This document shows positions 13,584 through 25,000 of a DNA stretch of 64,000 nucleotides, piece by piece (position 1 is the first letter of the stretch; each line of letters begins with the position of its first letter). The stretch is from Azolla caroliniana. Its lineage: Eukaryota > Plantae > Polypodiophyta. Location of the stretch: positions 992,001 through 1,056,000 of the forward strand of contig JBHGNT010000003.1 in NCBI GenBank assembly GCA_043228905.1. Reading direction: 5' to 3'. Both the position numbers and the translations under genes were made by a program. A model generated the notes under the pieces. That model made no database searches and was not told the origin of the DNA. It worked only from the letters and a program-made list of their open reading frames with translations.

Positions 13584-15092
13584 ATGAAGAATTCAAGTCT
13601 GTGCAGAAACAGGAACAGAAACATTAACATTAACAGCAGAAACTTAATGGAGCTTTGCAAGGATCCAGACCACCTACAAGAAGCTCTTGCCATGGCTTCT
13701 CTCATAGATCAGCAAGGTCTTCCTCTCCATAGAGACATTATCTACAATCTTCTCCAACACTGTGCAAAGAAGAAGGACCTCGAAGCTTCTAGAAAGGTAC
13801 AGTTCCTTATTGTTAACAACAGCAATAGACTTGATTCCATCCCGGTGCTTTCAGATCATCTCATTCGCTGTTTTTCTCTCTGTGGGAGTTTACACGATGC
13901 TTTACTAGCTTTTCGAAAGGTTGTAAATCCGACAGTTTTCACATGGAATTCCATCATTTCTGCACATATAAAGGTTGAAAGAAGCCAAGAAGCTCTCCTT
14001 TTGTATGAAGAGATGAAGAAAACTGATGTGGTAGAGGATAAAGTCACATTTCTTAGTGTGATTAAGGCTTGTTCTAGACCTGCAGGATTGAAATATGGTA
14101 TGTATGTACATGATCAAATTGTGAGAATTGGTCTAAACGTTGATGTTATGATTGCGAATTCAATTGTTGATATGTATGCAAAATGCCTGAGTATAGATGA
14201 AGCTCGCCGGGTTTTTGATTGTTTAAAAGAAAGAACTGTTGTTTCATGGAGTTCTATGATCAAAGGTCATGCTCAACATGGACAAGGTTTCCTTGCTCTT
14301 GATCTCTTTGAGAAAATGCGAGAAAGCTTGATCACTCCAGACAAAGTATTGCTTTCTTGCATCCTTGTTGCCTGTAGTACTGTTGAAGCAATTCGATATG
14401 GTAGAATTGTCCATCATGTGTTGATAGAATGGGATAATGCATGTGATACAATGATTGGAAGTAATCTAATTGATATGTATATCAAATGTGGTACTGTTAT
14501 TGATGCTCAGAAGGTTTTTGATGGTGTTCTTCATCATGATGTAGCATTATGGGGAACACTTATCTCTGGATATGCAGGTTATGGTGATGTCGATAGAGCC
14601 TTTTTATGTCTAAAACATATGAAACAAGAAGGTTTGGAACCAGATGAGGTTATAATTACGAGTATTGTCACTGCCTGTAGCCAAAATGGGCTTTTGAAAG
14701 AAGGTCATGAGTATTTTAACTTGATGGAGAGCTTTGGTGATGGTGATAATACTCGAAATGTCGAACATTACAATGGTATGGTTGATCTTCTTACTCGTTC
14801 AGGTTCTCTAGAAGAAGCTTCATGTTTGCTTCAAACTATGCCTATTTCTCCTGATGTTGTTGGATGGAGGTGTCTACTAGCTGGATGTAGATTATATGGA
14901 AATGTTGTTCTCGCTAAGCATTGCTTTGATGAACTTGTCCGATTAGATCCATCTGATTCTTCTGCATATATACTCATGATAGATGTTTATACCAAGGCAG
15001 AGATGTGGGAAGATGTCAAGAGATTGAACCACTTGAGAATGAAGACGCAGTTGGATAATGAATCTCCATTAGAAGTTCAAAGTATGATGTAA
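13584..15092 (+). CDS. PLS-class pentatricopeptide repeat protein with E domain and no DYW domain (probable organellar RNA-editing factor), 502 aa
   Basis: Repeated P/L/S motifs (TWNSIISAH, TFLSVIKAC, NSIVDMYAKC..IDEARRVFD, VVSWSSMIKGHAQHG, LIDMYIKCG, HYNGMVDLLTRSG). E-domain signature MPISPDVVGWRCLLAGCRLYG...AYILMIDVY...W. No HxE/CxxC/DYW motif before the stop. Confidence 0.92.
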   Translation: MKNSSLCRNRNRNININSRNLMELCKDPDHLQEALAMASLIDQQGLPLHRDIIYNLLQHCAKKKDLEASRKVQFLIVNNSNRLDSIPVLSDHLIRCFSLCGSLHDALLAFRKVVNPTVFTWNSIISAHIKVERSQEALLLYEEMKKTDVVEDKVTFLSVIKACSRPAGLKYGMYVHDQIVRIGLNVDVMIANSIVDMYAKCLSIDEARRVFDCLKERTVVSWSSMIKGHAQHGQGFLALDLFEKMRESLITPDKVLLSCILVACSTVEAIRYGRIVHHVLIEWDNACDTMIGSNLIDMYIKCGTVIDAQKVFDGVLHHDVALWGTLISGYAGYGDVDRAFLCLKHMKQEGLEPDEVIITSIVTACSQNGLLKEGHEYFNLMESFGDGDNTRNVEHYNGMVDLLTRSGSLEEASCLLQTMPISPDVVGWRCLLAGCRLYGNVVLAKHCFDELVRLDPSDSSAYILMIDVYTKAEMWEDVKRLNHLRMKTQLDNESPLEVQSMM

Positions 15093-16300
15093 TGTTGAAA
15101 CAGCCACAAAAGCTCTTCAAATTTGGCCTGAAAAACTAACAATAACTTCAACTACTCTATTAGAATGTACATAAAATTCGTACAGATGTATGAAAACGGT
15201 GATGGAACTTCATAAAGGTAATGCAATTTGTTTCCTTAAAAGTGTTTAGCGTGGAAAATGACCTACTTAAGCTTTCTTTATCTTGCTTTTGCAGTTGATC
15301 ATTTTATGCAAATGCAACAAGTGTGCTATAGGGGTACTGGTTTGACATGGAAATGGAATAGTAAAGGGTACATTCTCTGGCCTGATTAGGTTAGTGCTAG
15401 TTTTTAATCATCAATGTGCATGTCTTGTAGAAATTTGGACGAGTCATAATTCTGTGTGCCTGAAATGCGTTTGATACTTACATAGCAATTGTGCTTTGAA
15501 AATTTCATCTTATTTACAGTAGAATATTCGTAAAAGGCCTGGTGTTACCTGACCTCTAGTGTGAGGATGATGTCAGCATATCTTGATTAGGGATTGATAT
15601 TAATGTTAATGTTCACTGCAGGACTACGTACATGAATGTTTCTCCAACTTGATGAAGGTATGCCCTTACACCCATTTTCATTTATTTTTCTATTAATGTT
15701 TTAGTTACATAATTATTTTTTCTATGTCGTTTAATTACATAATTATTTTTTCGTCAATTCTGAGAAGGCCTTGCTCAGTACCCATAAATATATGGTAGCT
15801 TTCCATGTTATCTTAAAGGCGGCAGTGCTAGGGAAAAGCTTAGGGGTGTGCTGCTATTCTCTCAACCAATGGTTTTGAGCCACATAAGCATGGATGGTTC
15901 TATCCAAGCACATTATCTGAACCTAATCTTAATCAAGATGTAGTAACTGGAGGCTGGAAGCCTAAGATTGCACTTGCCCATGTGTTGACAAAAATATTTA
16001 TTGCTGTATTTTCGATTGCACTCCAAGGATGGAGAAGGAGCATTGTTGTTATCGTTATCGTTATCATCATCATCTTGATTTGCAAGTTGATCTTGGCCCA
16101 TGGTTACATAATCTACTTCCAAAACCCAATGTTGCTATTTTGAAGTCAATCTAATACCAATTTCAAAGCTTATTGATAGGCTATCATGGTAGCTCAATCC
16201 AAGGAGAGTATACATGATTATTACATGCCTAGGTAAACATTGTTCACGACCTTGTTTTCAGTTTTAAAATCTTGTATTATGATATCTCATTTGTGCATTG

Positions 16301-17060
16301 CTAGTTGTCATTGTTCTGCATGAAGAAACAAAGCAATTTTAATGTCGTTAAAGCCTCTAGGTTACAACTAGTTGTCATTGTTCTGCATTAAGAAACAAAT
16401 CAATTTTAATGTCATTAAAGCCTCTAGGTTACAATAAAGCTGGATGCACAAAGGTAGGTACCTTTCGAACTAAAAATGATCACGAAAATTAGCACAAAGT
16501 GTACAACAGTTGAGGTTTTAGTCAGGTGGAGAAAGTTGAGGTTGATTTTGGATGCATCAACTTCTTAATGTGGCTCGCCTTCATTTCTTTTGGACCATAT
16601 ACCTTTGTCCAAGGCTTCTGCCTCTTAAGCTGTAACCAATAAATTCTGTAACATCAACAGCAGGAGGCTTTGCTAACTTAATTTGTGGAACTCCTTGTAG
16701 TTCAATCATACAAAATAAAAAAGAGATGAAATTATTTCTTGAGTATTGTTCAATTCATAATATGTGCATGTACAGTTTATCATTAGCAATGCTATCCTAT
16801 TGCTAGAGGAAAACATCATAATGCTATGAAAACTTATGAAATTCTATTGCTAGAGGAAAACATCATAATGCTATGAAAACTTATGAAATTCTAGCAGCCA
16901 GCGGGACACTTTGCTGACTTAATTTGTGGAACCCAACTACTTCAACAATCATACAAAATCAACAGTTCATAATATGCTCGTGTAGAGTTTATCATCATTA
17001 GCAATACTATCCTGTTACTTGAGGAAAACATCATAATGCTATGAAAACTTATTCTAAGAA
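16301..17060. repeat. Local tandem duplications (2 x 67 bp at 16301-16434; 2 x ~47 bp at ~16796-16892; larger diverged duplicate to ~17060)
   Basis: ctagttgtcattgttctgcat...ggttacaa occurs twice; gaggaaaacatcataatgctatgaaaactta occurs three times. Confidence 0.8.
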
Positions 17061-18787
17061 TGTGTGCCAAAGCACGTGGATGAGAAAATTTAGTATGAAA
17101 ATTTATTGCTGTTCAATAACTACAAGTTGTGTAGCTTGTAAGGGTTGATTGATTTTTGCCGTTAAATACCTCTTGCCTTGAACTATCGTGCTTTAATTTG
17201 TAAGATGAAAATTCCTTAATTAGAAGGTGTGTAGTTACGAAAATATGAAGTTGATAGAAGTAAATACTTAGCATCAATAGCATTGTTTGGAGTTCCAACT
17301 TCACACATATCATGTTTGCAACATAATTTGTAAGATAAAAACTCCTCAATAAAAATTAGCAGATGTGTGGTTATGAGAATATGGAATTCATAGAATTCCA
17401 ACTTCAGACATCATAATATCATTTTTGAAACATAATGATATTATCACTATGGAGTCCAATTCCAAATGGAGATTCTTTTATAGTGGGGGAAGAGGAGGCT
17501 GAAGTTGTTGGGTAATGCAAGGAGTCGCAAGGAATTTAAATACCAATTGACAAGAGTTGAGTGGATTCTCTTGGGCAGCAAGATCTGTGATTATTGTCCG
17601 TGCAGTATTTTGAGATTATGGTAAAGAGCATCCCAATCAGGCAGTTATTAATGGAAAGAGATTCAAACCACTGAAACATAGACTATTGACAAATAAGTGC
17701 CAAGGTAGAAACAGACTGCTGTCACGCAATTTACGCTAAGTTTATCCTTGATTTGGACCTAATGCTCAAACACATTTTGTTTAGGCTAATGTATATACTG
17801 ATAAGAACACCTTTCTGAAATCTAACACATGCACAAAAGAGTAGGTCTGATTGTCAATGATTACTCATAAGGATGCCTATAAGAATGCCTTTGAGATGGT
17901 ATTGATATATGCAGATGCCACAAGCAGATAAATACAATACCAAAAAACTTACTAGATTTACAGGATTAGAATTCATTGGCTGAATTACCCTGATATTAGA
18001 ATTACTCAGGTCTCCCACTGAGTCATTAAGATTAGAATTAATGGTCCATTCCCAACTGCCTCTAAATTGCTTCGATTATATACTCACCTTTGATACTCAC
18101 ATCAAGCATAATGTGCTCCAATAAATCACTTCCTCTATTAAAATAAATAATGACAACATTAAGCTTAAAACTCTTAACATGATTAATAATGTCAACAAAC
18201 CCCATTTGAACAATGATGTTATAAAGAGCAAATGCAACAATTGAAACCAAAGGAAACAATAAGTAGTCAAATGCGACAATTGAAACAAAAGGAAACAATT
18301 AGTCAATGTTATCAAGTACCCTGATATTCGATGCATTCTATCTTACTGGCTATGTAAATCCTACATACATAAAAAACATGCTAATTTCCTGGCTATGTGC
18401 ATCACACATACCTAAATAGCAGTCGGAGAACAAAACAATCTAGTTAAAAAGACATCTCCCTACAAAATTTATATAACTGACATAGACAAAATTTTGCAAC
18501 CTTCATTACCTTCATCAATTGAAATTTAAAAAATTTGTTAGGTGAAACTGGGAATGGTTATGTTACATCAGAACTAAATTTTACAGTAGGTTAAATAAAT
18601 AAATCTATTTATATATATTTATATATATGTATATGTATGTATGCAAATATTATAACGAAGTACAATCCAGGGCCCAATGTCTTGTGTTAGGCTACCCAAA
18701 TTTTTACTTATCTTTTTATGAGAGGTATGTGTTCTGACATATTAGACTACCTATGTACGTATATATTTAAATTAGTGCAATACTATG

Positions 18788-19051
18788 TCAAGCAAATCCA
18801 AAACCTTCAGATAAATGTCTATCTGTTATAGCAAACAGTCTCTCGTACATAATCTGGAATGTCGGATAACAAGGCAAAATTAGCTGAAAGAAACATGTGT
18901 GTGCTGTTGGCAACCATGACATATCTGAATGACCCTTGTGAATGTGAAACTTGGAAGATAGCCCTGCAAAGCCTTCTGCTGGGAGATATGTAACAGAAGT
19001 AGAAAAGAATAGAAGCTTTCTTCGTTGCTCATTTGTCATACCTTCCAAAAC
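18788..19051 (-). CDS. UPL5: UPL5-like coding exon 3 (HECT C-lobe, catalytic Cys)
   Basis: Acceptor ttttgcag ending at 19052; VLEGM...LPTAHTCFFQL...GFGFA*. Confidence 0.9.
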   Translation of the reverse strand, partial: VLEGMTNEQRRKLLFFSTSVTYLPAEGFAGLSSKFHIHKGHSDMSWLPTAHTCFFQLILPCYPTFQIMYERLFAITDRHLSEGFGFA

Positions 19052-22000
19052 CTGCAAAACAAACATAACAATAATTGTTTAGATAAGACATGATCCACAC
19101 ATATTACTTTCCGACAGAATTTTAATATGCTCAATGTATTTCCCTATATTTCCTGCATTAGAAACACCATTACCGAAGTCTTACAAATATACACTTGCTA
19201 AAGTCAGGATAGGTACAATCTCCATACAGATCTTTTGTATTAAAGCTAGATATCTGCTTTACTGTGCTCTGCATTACTTTCCAACAGAATTTTATTACAC
19301 TTGCATGTATTTCCTTATATTTCCCACCTAGCAACAGCATTATCCAATGCCTTACCAATATACACTTGCTGGAGTCTGGACAGGTACAATCTCAATACAG
19401 ATCTTTTGAATTAAAGAGGTAGGCACCTGCCCTATTGTGCTCTAACCTTTTCAAGAAGTAAATTTGAAAATGTGCTTCAAAAAAAGTGCAGAAAATGGAA
19501 TGATGTCAAGCATCCATAAGACCATCACGACCAGCCAACTAAGTGATTCATTCTCAACTCCTGAGTTTATTTCAGGACGAATGAATTTCTCCACCTCAGA
19601 CTACATTTCTACTCTTAGAGCCATATATATATATATATATATATATTTGAAGTACTGTGTTGTCCACACAAAAGGAAGATACATCCTGGCCACATCTTGG
19701 AGGCAAAGTCGGGTGCTTGGCCTCATTAGGGACAAGAGGCTAATGACGTCCTTCAAAATATGCAATGAGGTATTCATGCAGAAATTGGGTAGCTGCTAGG
19801 ACTTGTCGGTGAAGCAAGAATATTCTCACTGTTTCATTATTTAAGCGCAAAACTTCCAGAGGAATCACAATCACAATTCATTGTTTTATATACATTTGTA
19901 GACTGGTTTACAAATTTATTGCTGATTCTTGGAAAATCCAAAGAATAGGTAATGCTATCAGATCATAAAATCTTATGCACAACGGAATGTGTGGGTACAT
20001 CACATGCCTGAAGCTCTCATTGAAAAATAGGTAACAATATCAGACCATAAAATCTTATGGATAATGGAATGTATGGGTACATCGTGTTAGAGCTTAGTCC
20101 TAATGTAAGCGTGAGATAAGGAAATATAATATAAATATAGATAGAGAAGAGAGAGAAAGAAGGGTGCCGATCCACTTGACCACCCCCGAGTGAAGGGATT
20201 GAGACGAACTCGAGCCTACAAGAGTTTGATCGCCACCTAAGCAGAGCCTTGACGTTGTCGACTGATCCCCTAATGAGGGTAGCTAGCCCTCATATTTATA
20301 GCCAGACCTAAGGCCCCCAGCCAAGTTCACACTTGGCTATTATGGGTTGTCCCAATTCCTAGGATTAAAAGTAATCATCCCTTCATTACTCTCTCTTTTA
20401 ACCCTCATACTTTATCCACGTGTATAGAATACTACGGTACAATCTTACCACGGGATAATTTATGGGCATGCCCGTAACACGTCGCATACCTGAAATTGGC
20501 TTGGGAAAATCACCATCAATTTAGCTAGAATTTCACCTCTGGAGAAAAGAATTTAAATAGAGAAACTTCAGGTTCTCACAAACAGACCCAGAAGACTAGT
20601 TCTCATTTCAGCGGTTCAACCTTATTTAAAGAACTTGAATATGATTGTTTAATTAAGGCAATACTTTCTCATGTGGCCAAAACATTTAACTCTACGAACA
20701 CATAATTGTGTTTACACTTTGTATGTATCCTATGCAAAAGCTCTGTTCACATGTTTCATGGGCACTTTCTACTCTAGAACCAGCTAGAGGTTTTTCCACC
20801 ATATGAACACTATAGCCTTCCCACTTCATGATTTATTGGTTATCACCATGGTCTTCCCACTCTCATACTTATTTGGTTATAGTTATTAACCATCAAATAT
20901 ATAACAATTAGTAACCAGTATTTTAGAACTCATTCGTAGTAAGGGCTCTCCAAGCAATATCTTCTAGACAATGATTTGCTTAATCCTACTATATCAGTTA
21001 GTGTAATATCCCTGTGTCCTTAGATAGGGCCTGATCTAAAGTCACTTGGGTAAAACTATTATGATTAGTACACATCTCCAAACACATAAGAACCATGTGA
21101 TATAGAGACCAATCCAAGTGTCTAACAGTGTTACCTCCTCTACACCATTGACCCTTGGCCATTCCACACTTCTTATTCAATGCAATCTAGCTCAGGTTCA
21201 AACGTCTTGCAGAGCAAATAAAAGAACAGTTGCTAAACAATGTCCTTATTACAACCATAAACAAAATAGTGATTGCTAGATACACTTGCACAAAGTGTCC
21301 TCTATGGGTCAAAATTTAGGATGCAATATACGATTTCTGGAGAGGTTTGGGGCGCCTTCTGATTTTGATCATTACTTTACCAAGATAGGGAGCAGCCATC
21401 ATGTGAAATGAAGAGGGGTTACAAGTGCACTGTTTTAAATGGTGAAATCTGGCTTTTCTGTTCGATGTGTTTGGCCAGACCCATATAAAAGATGTCTAAG
21501 AATGGCACTCATTTATCAGATCAGTTAAAAAATACACCCAACTTCTAAATAAATTATCTGAAAATCCTACTTTTTAATTGACTCAAATTAACAATGAAAT
21601 TTGACTATCAAGATTACATCTTATGCTTTAATTTTAACTCTCAATGAATTTATGGGCATAATCTAATATTCTGGAGGCTTAATAATATATACATGCACTA
21701 GAAATAATCTAATAATCAGATAAGACTCCTAATACGATTATGGAAGAGTCTGATTTTTCTGAGAGCTTAAATTAAATTAACAATAAAAATGAACTATTAG
21801 GATTACATCTTATGCTTTGATTTAAATCACAAAAAGTTTGAGCATAATCTGATATTCTGGAGGCTTAATAATGCATATGGGCAGTAAAAATACTTAAATG
21901 ATGCCATAATCAAATAAGACTCCCAATACGATTATGGAATGGTCTAAATATTCTGAGATCCCATTAACTCTGACGTGCTTGCATCATAATTAGATTAATT

Positions 22001-25000
22001 TAAGTATATTCAGAAGAAGGGGTATTTTAGTAATTAATTTGGCACAAAATCAGATATTTATCTGACTTTATGATAAATTAAATATGAGAATATCCCTTCT
22101 TCTCAATATTCTTTTTCTCTTCTTATTAGTGTGTAAAATTGGGCTTGAATCAAACCCATTTACTAAATTTAACTAAATTTCCTATAGATAATACAGAACA
22201 AAGAGCAAACGGTAATGTCAAAATCAATTAGATACCTGCCAAAACCAGATAATTTGTTCATCTGACTGATCATACTCATGGTACTCTGTATGCAATTTCC
22301 AATCTTCAAGTCCAATATCCTGATTATTCCCATGTAAAACTGAATCAAAATCTTCAGGATCTAACCCTTTCAAAAAATGCTCAATATTTCCAGATGTCAT
22401 CAGCTCAGAGAAACCCTGAGCAAAGGATTTAACTTGTTCGATTACACATGTGACAAAGCGCTGCTGAACCATATACTCTACATAAATTGATCTATTTTTG
22501 CTGTCAACCATTATATCTTTCCCTCCAGGGCAAAGTTCTATAGTTTTCATAATACCCAACTGCTCCTCTTCATAAATGAAAGTGAGACCTAAAACATCTG
22601 AGTCTATTTCTTCATCATCCATAAGCAAAATTTTCCTGCAACTCTCATATAGTTCTGGATCTGCATCTCTGATATCATTCCATGACACAGAGAGTCCAGC
22701 AAGCTGCTTAAAAAATGCCAAAGAAAACAGAACATTTATTTGCACTCGATGCATCAGGGCCAATGCAATAACACGTCCACAAAACCGAAAGTAGGTGAGG
22801 TGACCGGGATTAACACCTGAAGCTGCAAAATTAGAAATCATTTGCTCTATTACTGATAAAGAAAGACATCTAAAAGAAGCAATAAAGAATCAAATTAGAT
22901 GAAGTTTGAATGGCGAAGTCTTTGTGCAGTGTAGATATACATGAACAGTGTGATTAGATCAACCACCAGAGAATACTCACTTGAAATTGAGGACATTTGA
23001 TTTCCTTAAGTTAATAATTGGCTTCATAAACAATTAGACTCGATGTTTCTTGGAGAAATAGTAGTGCAGACCACAACTTGAAAACAGGGAAACGAGGACA
23101 GTTTACAGTTATGAACAGGGATACAAGGCTGGTTCACAGTAGTGAACAGGAAAACACAGGGTGAAACTGTTAGATATAGTCAATGATCACCCCCAAATTG
23201 TCAGTTCATCCCTACATGTATTCTTAAGAGTGCATGTGGTAGCACCCCAAATGAGAAGAAGCTACCATGCAACCCAATCAGTCGAAAAAAATATATTTAG
23301 GAAAGAGGGAAGTAGGGTAATGGGATCGACTAGTCAGGTCAATTAGAAGAATATTCTCAGTTTCCAGGTTAAGATGTACTTTATCTTTGTACCATTGACT
23401 TGCTAAGTACTGTCTTGCATTGGTGTGTATCCCTGCTACTATCAACTGACTTGCACATTTAATGTGACAAAAAGACCAAATACAACATAAATATCCACCC
23501 TCTTTCTCCTACACCTAGCTGCTGTGTCTATTATCTGTGTCAACTAACTCTGTAGTCGACTAGCCCAGATTCCACCTAAGCTCTAAGATGTGACTGCACA
23601 GGAGGACTACCGATGTAAGCTATTCTCATATGTATTAGAGAGTACATATTGACACATATATATCTTTGAGAGTGCAACTCTATATACCCATGCCCATCCA
23701 GTCGATTCTCAATATTTATTTAGTAGGATAGACCTTTGCACAATCAATCCACACATTTTTATAACAGAAACTGTATAATGAGATTGTAGAAAAGAATTAC
23801 ATTGTAGCTACTCATGTATTACATAATGAAAGATAATAACTTGAACTAGACATATTGATGAGTTATCCAGGAATCACAAATATTAGGAACTCGAAATTGT
23901 AAGGAAAAACATTAGAGAAAAATAATTTTGAGCACTCACAATTAGGACCAGATACTGGCTGCAAGTACATGGATGATGAATCTTAAAGGTAGGACTAGAA
24001 AGGAAGAAAAAGAAGGGGGCAGATCTGGGCACAGAAAAAAAGCATTTCAAATGAGCGACAGTAAAAAGAGGCAAATCTATATTCCATCTTCAAAAGTTAC
24101 CTCATGCTTTTAAATACTGGCAGCTCCTTGGTCATTGAAAGGAATATTCACACTACTGGCTACAACTAGATAAATTATAGCATCTTCTTTGATAAAAGAA
24201 TAAGTTGAGAAGAGGAAACAGTTCACATTGATGAAGCTCTTCTTTCATCATCTCTTTCTATGTCAAGCGATTTGACAATATTCACTTAATTGTATACCAA
24301 TAAGTACAAGGTTACTTGATCTTATTACATAGAGAAAATTGACTCCACAAATTCACTAAAAGACACATGTAGATAGAAGCCAAATTTACAAGACATGCAT
24401 AGAACAAACAATTATGATATCATGTGCCTCAACATTATATTGAACATGAAGCACTTGGCCCTAATGGCCCTATGATCACATTGTCGCACCAGCTCTAAAT
24501 ATGTGGAGGGAGTGAACACACTGGAAGAAATTGAACCATGCTTTCTCAATTTCAACAGGCTGGCACTGATAAAGGAGAGATCTAACAATGCAGCCATCAA
24601 CATCCATTAGTCTACGAGAATGGGTGCTGATACCAATTTCAATTACTTCATATTATGGCTGACAGTGGAGGTTCTAACGTGATAGATAGGTGCATGCATG
24701 ATTGCTGCTAGAAGTATATGGAGATAGTAACAGTATTGGTTCTGTTGGAGTTCATCTAACTTTGTCAATGTCCATCAATATCTGACAATGAGCAATGGTG
24801 TCTTAGAACCACAGATGGCCTTTGGTTTATTAGGACTACATATAGAACTAGTTTGATAGTCCAACATGTTTGGTTTGAGGCATCATCAACCTTGGGGCTT
24901 ACGGACCATGTGCCAATCCCTTAGATCCATGTAAGCATGAGCATACGCATCGCACTGTTGGGCTTTCCCAATTTGTTTCCTGAAGTTCCTTAGTTGATCA

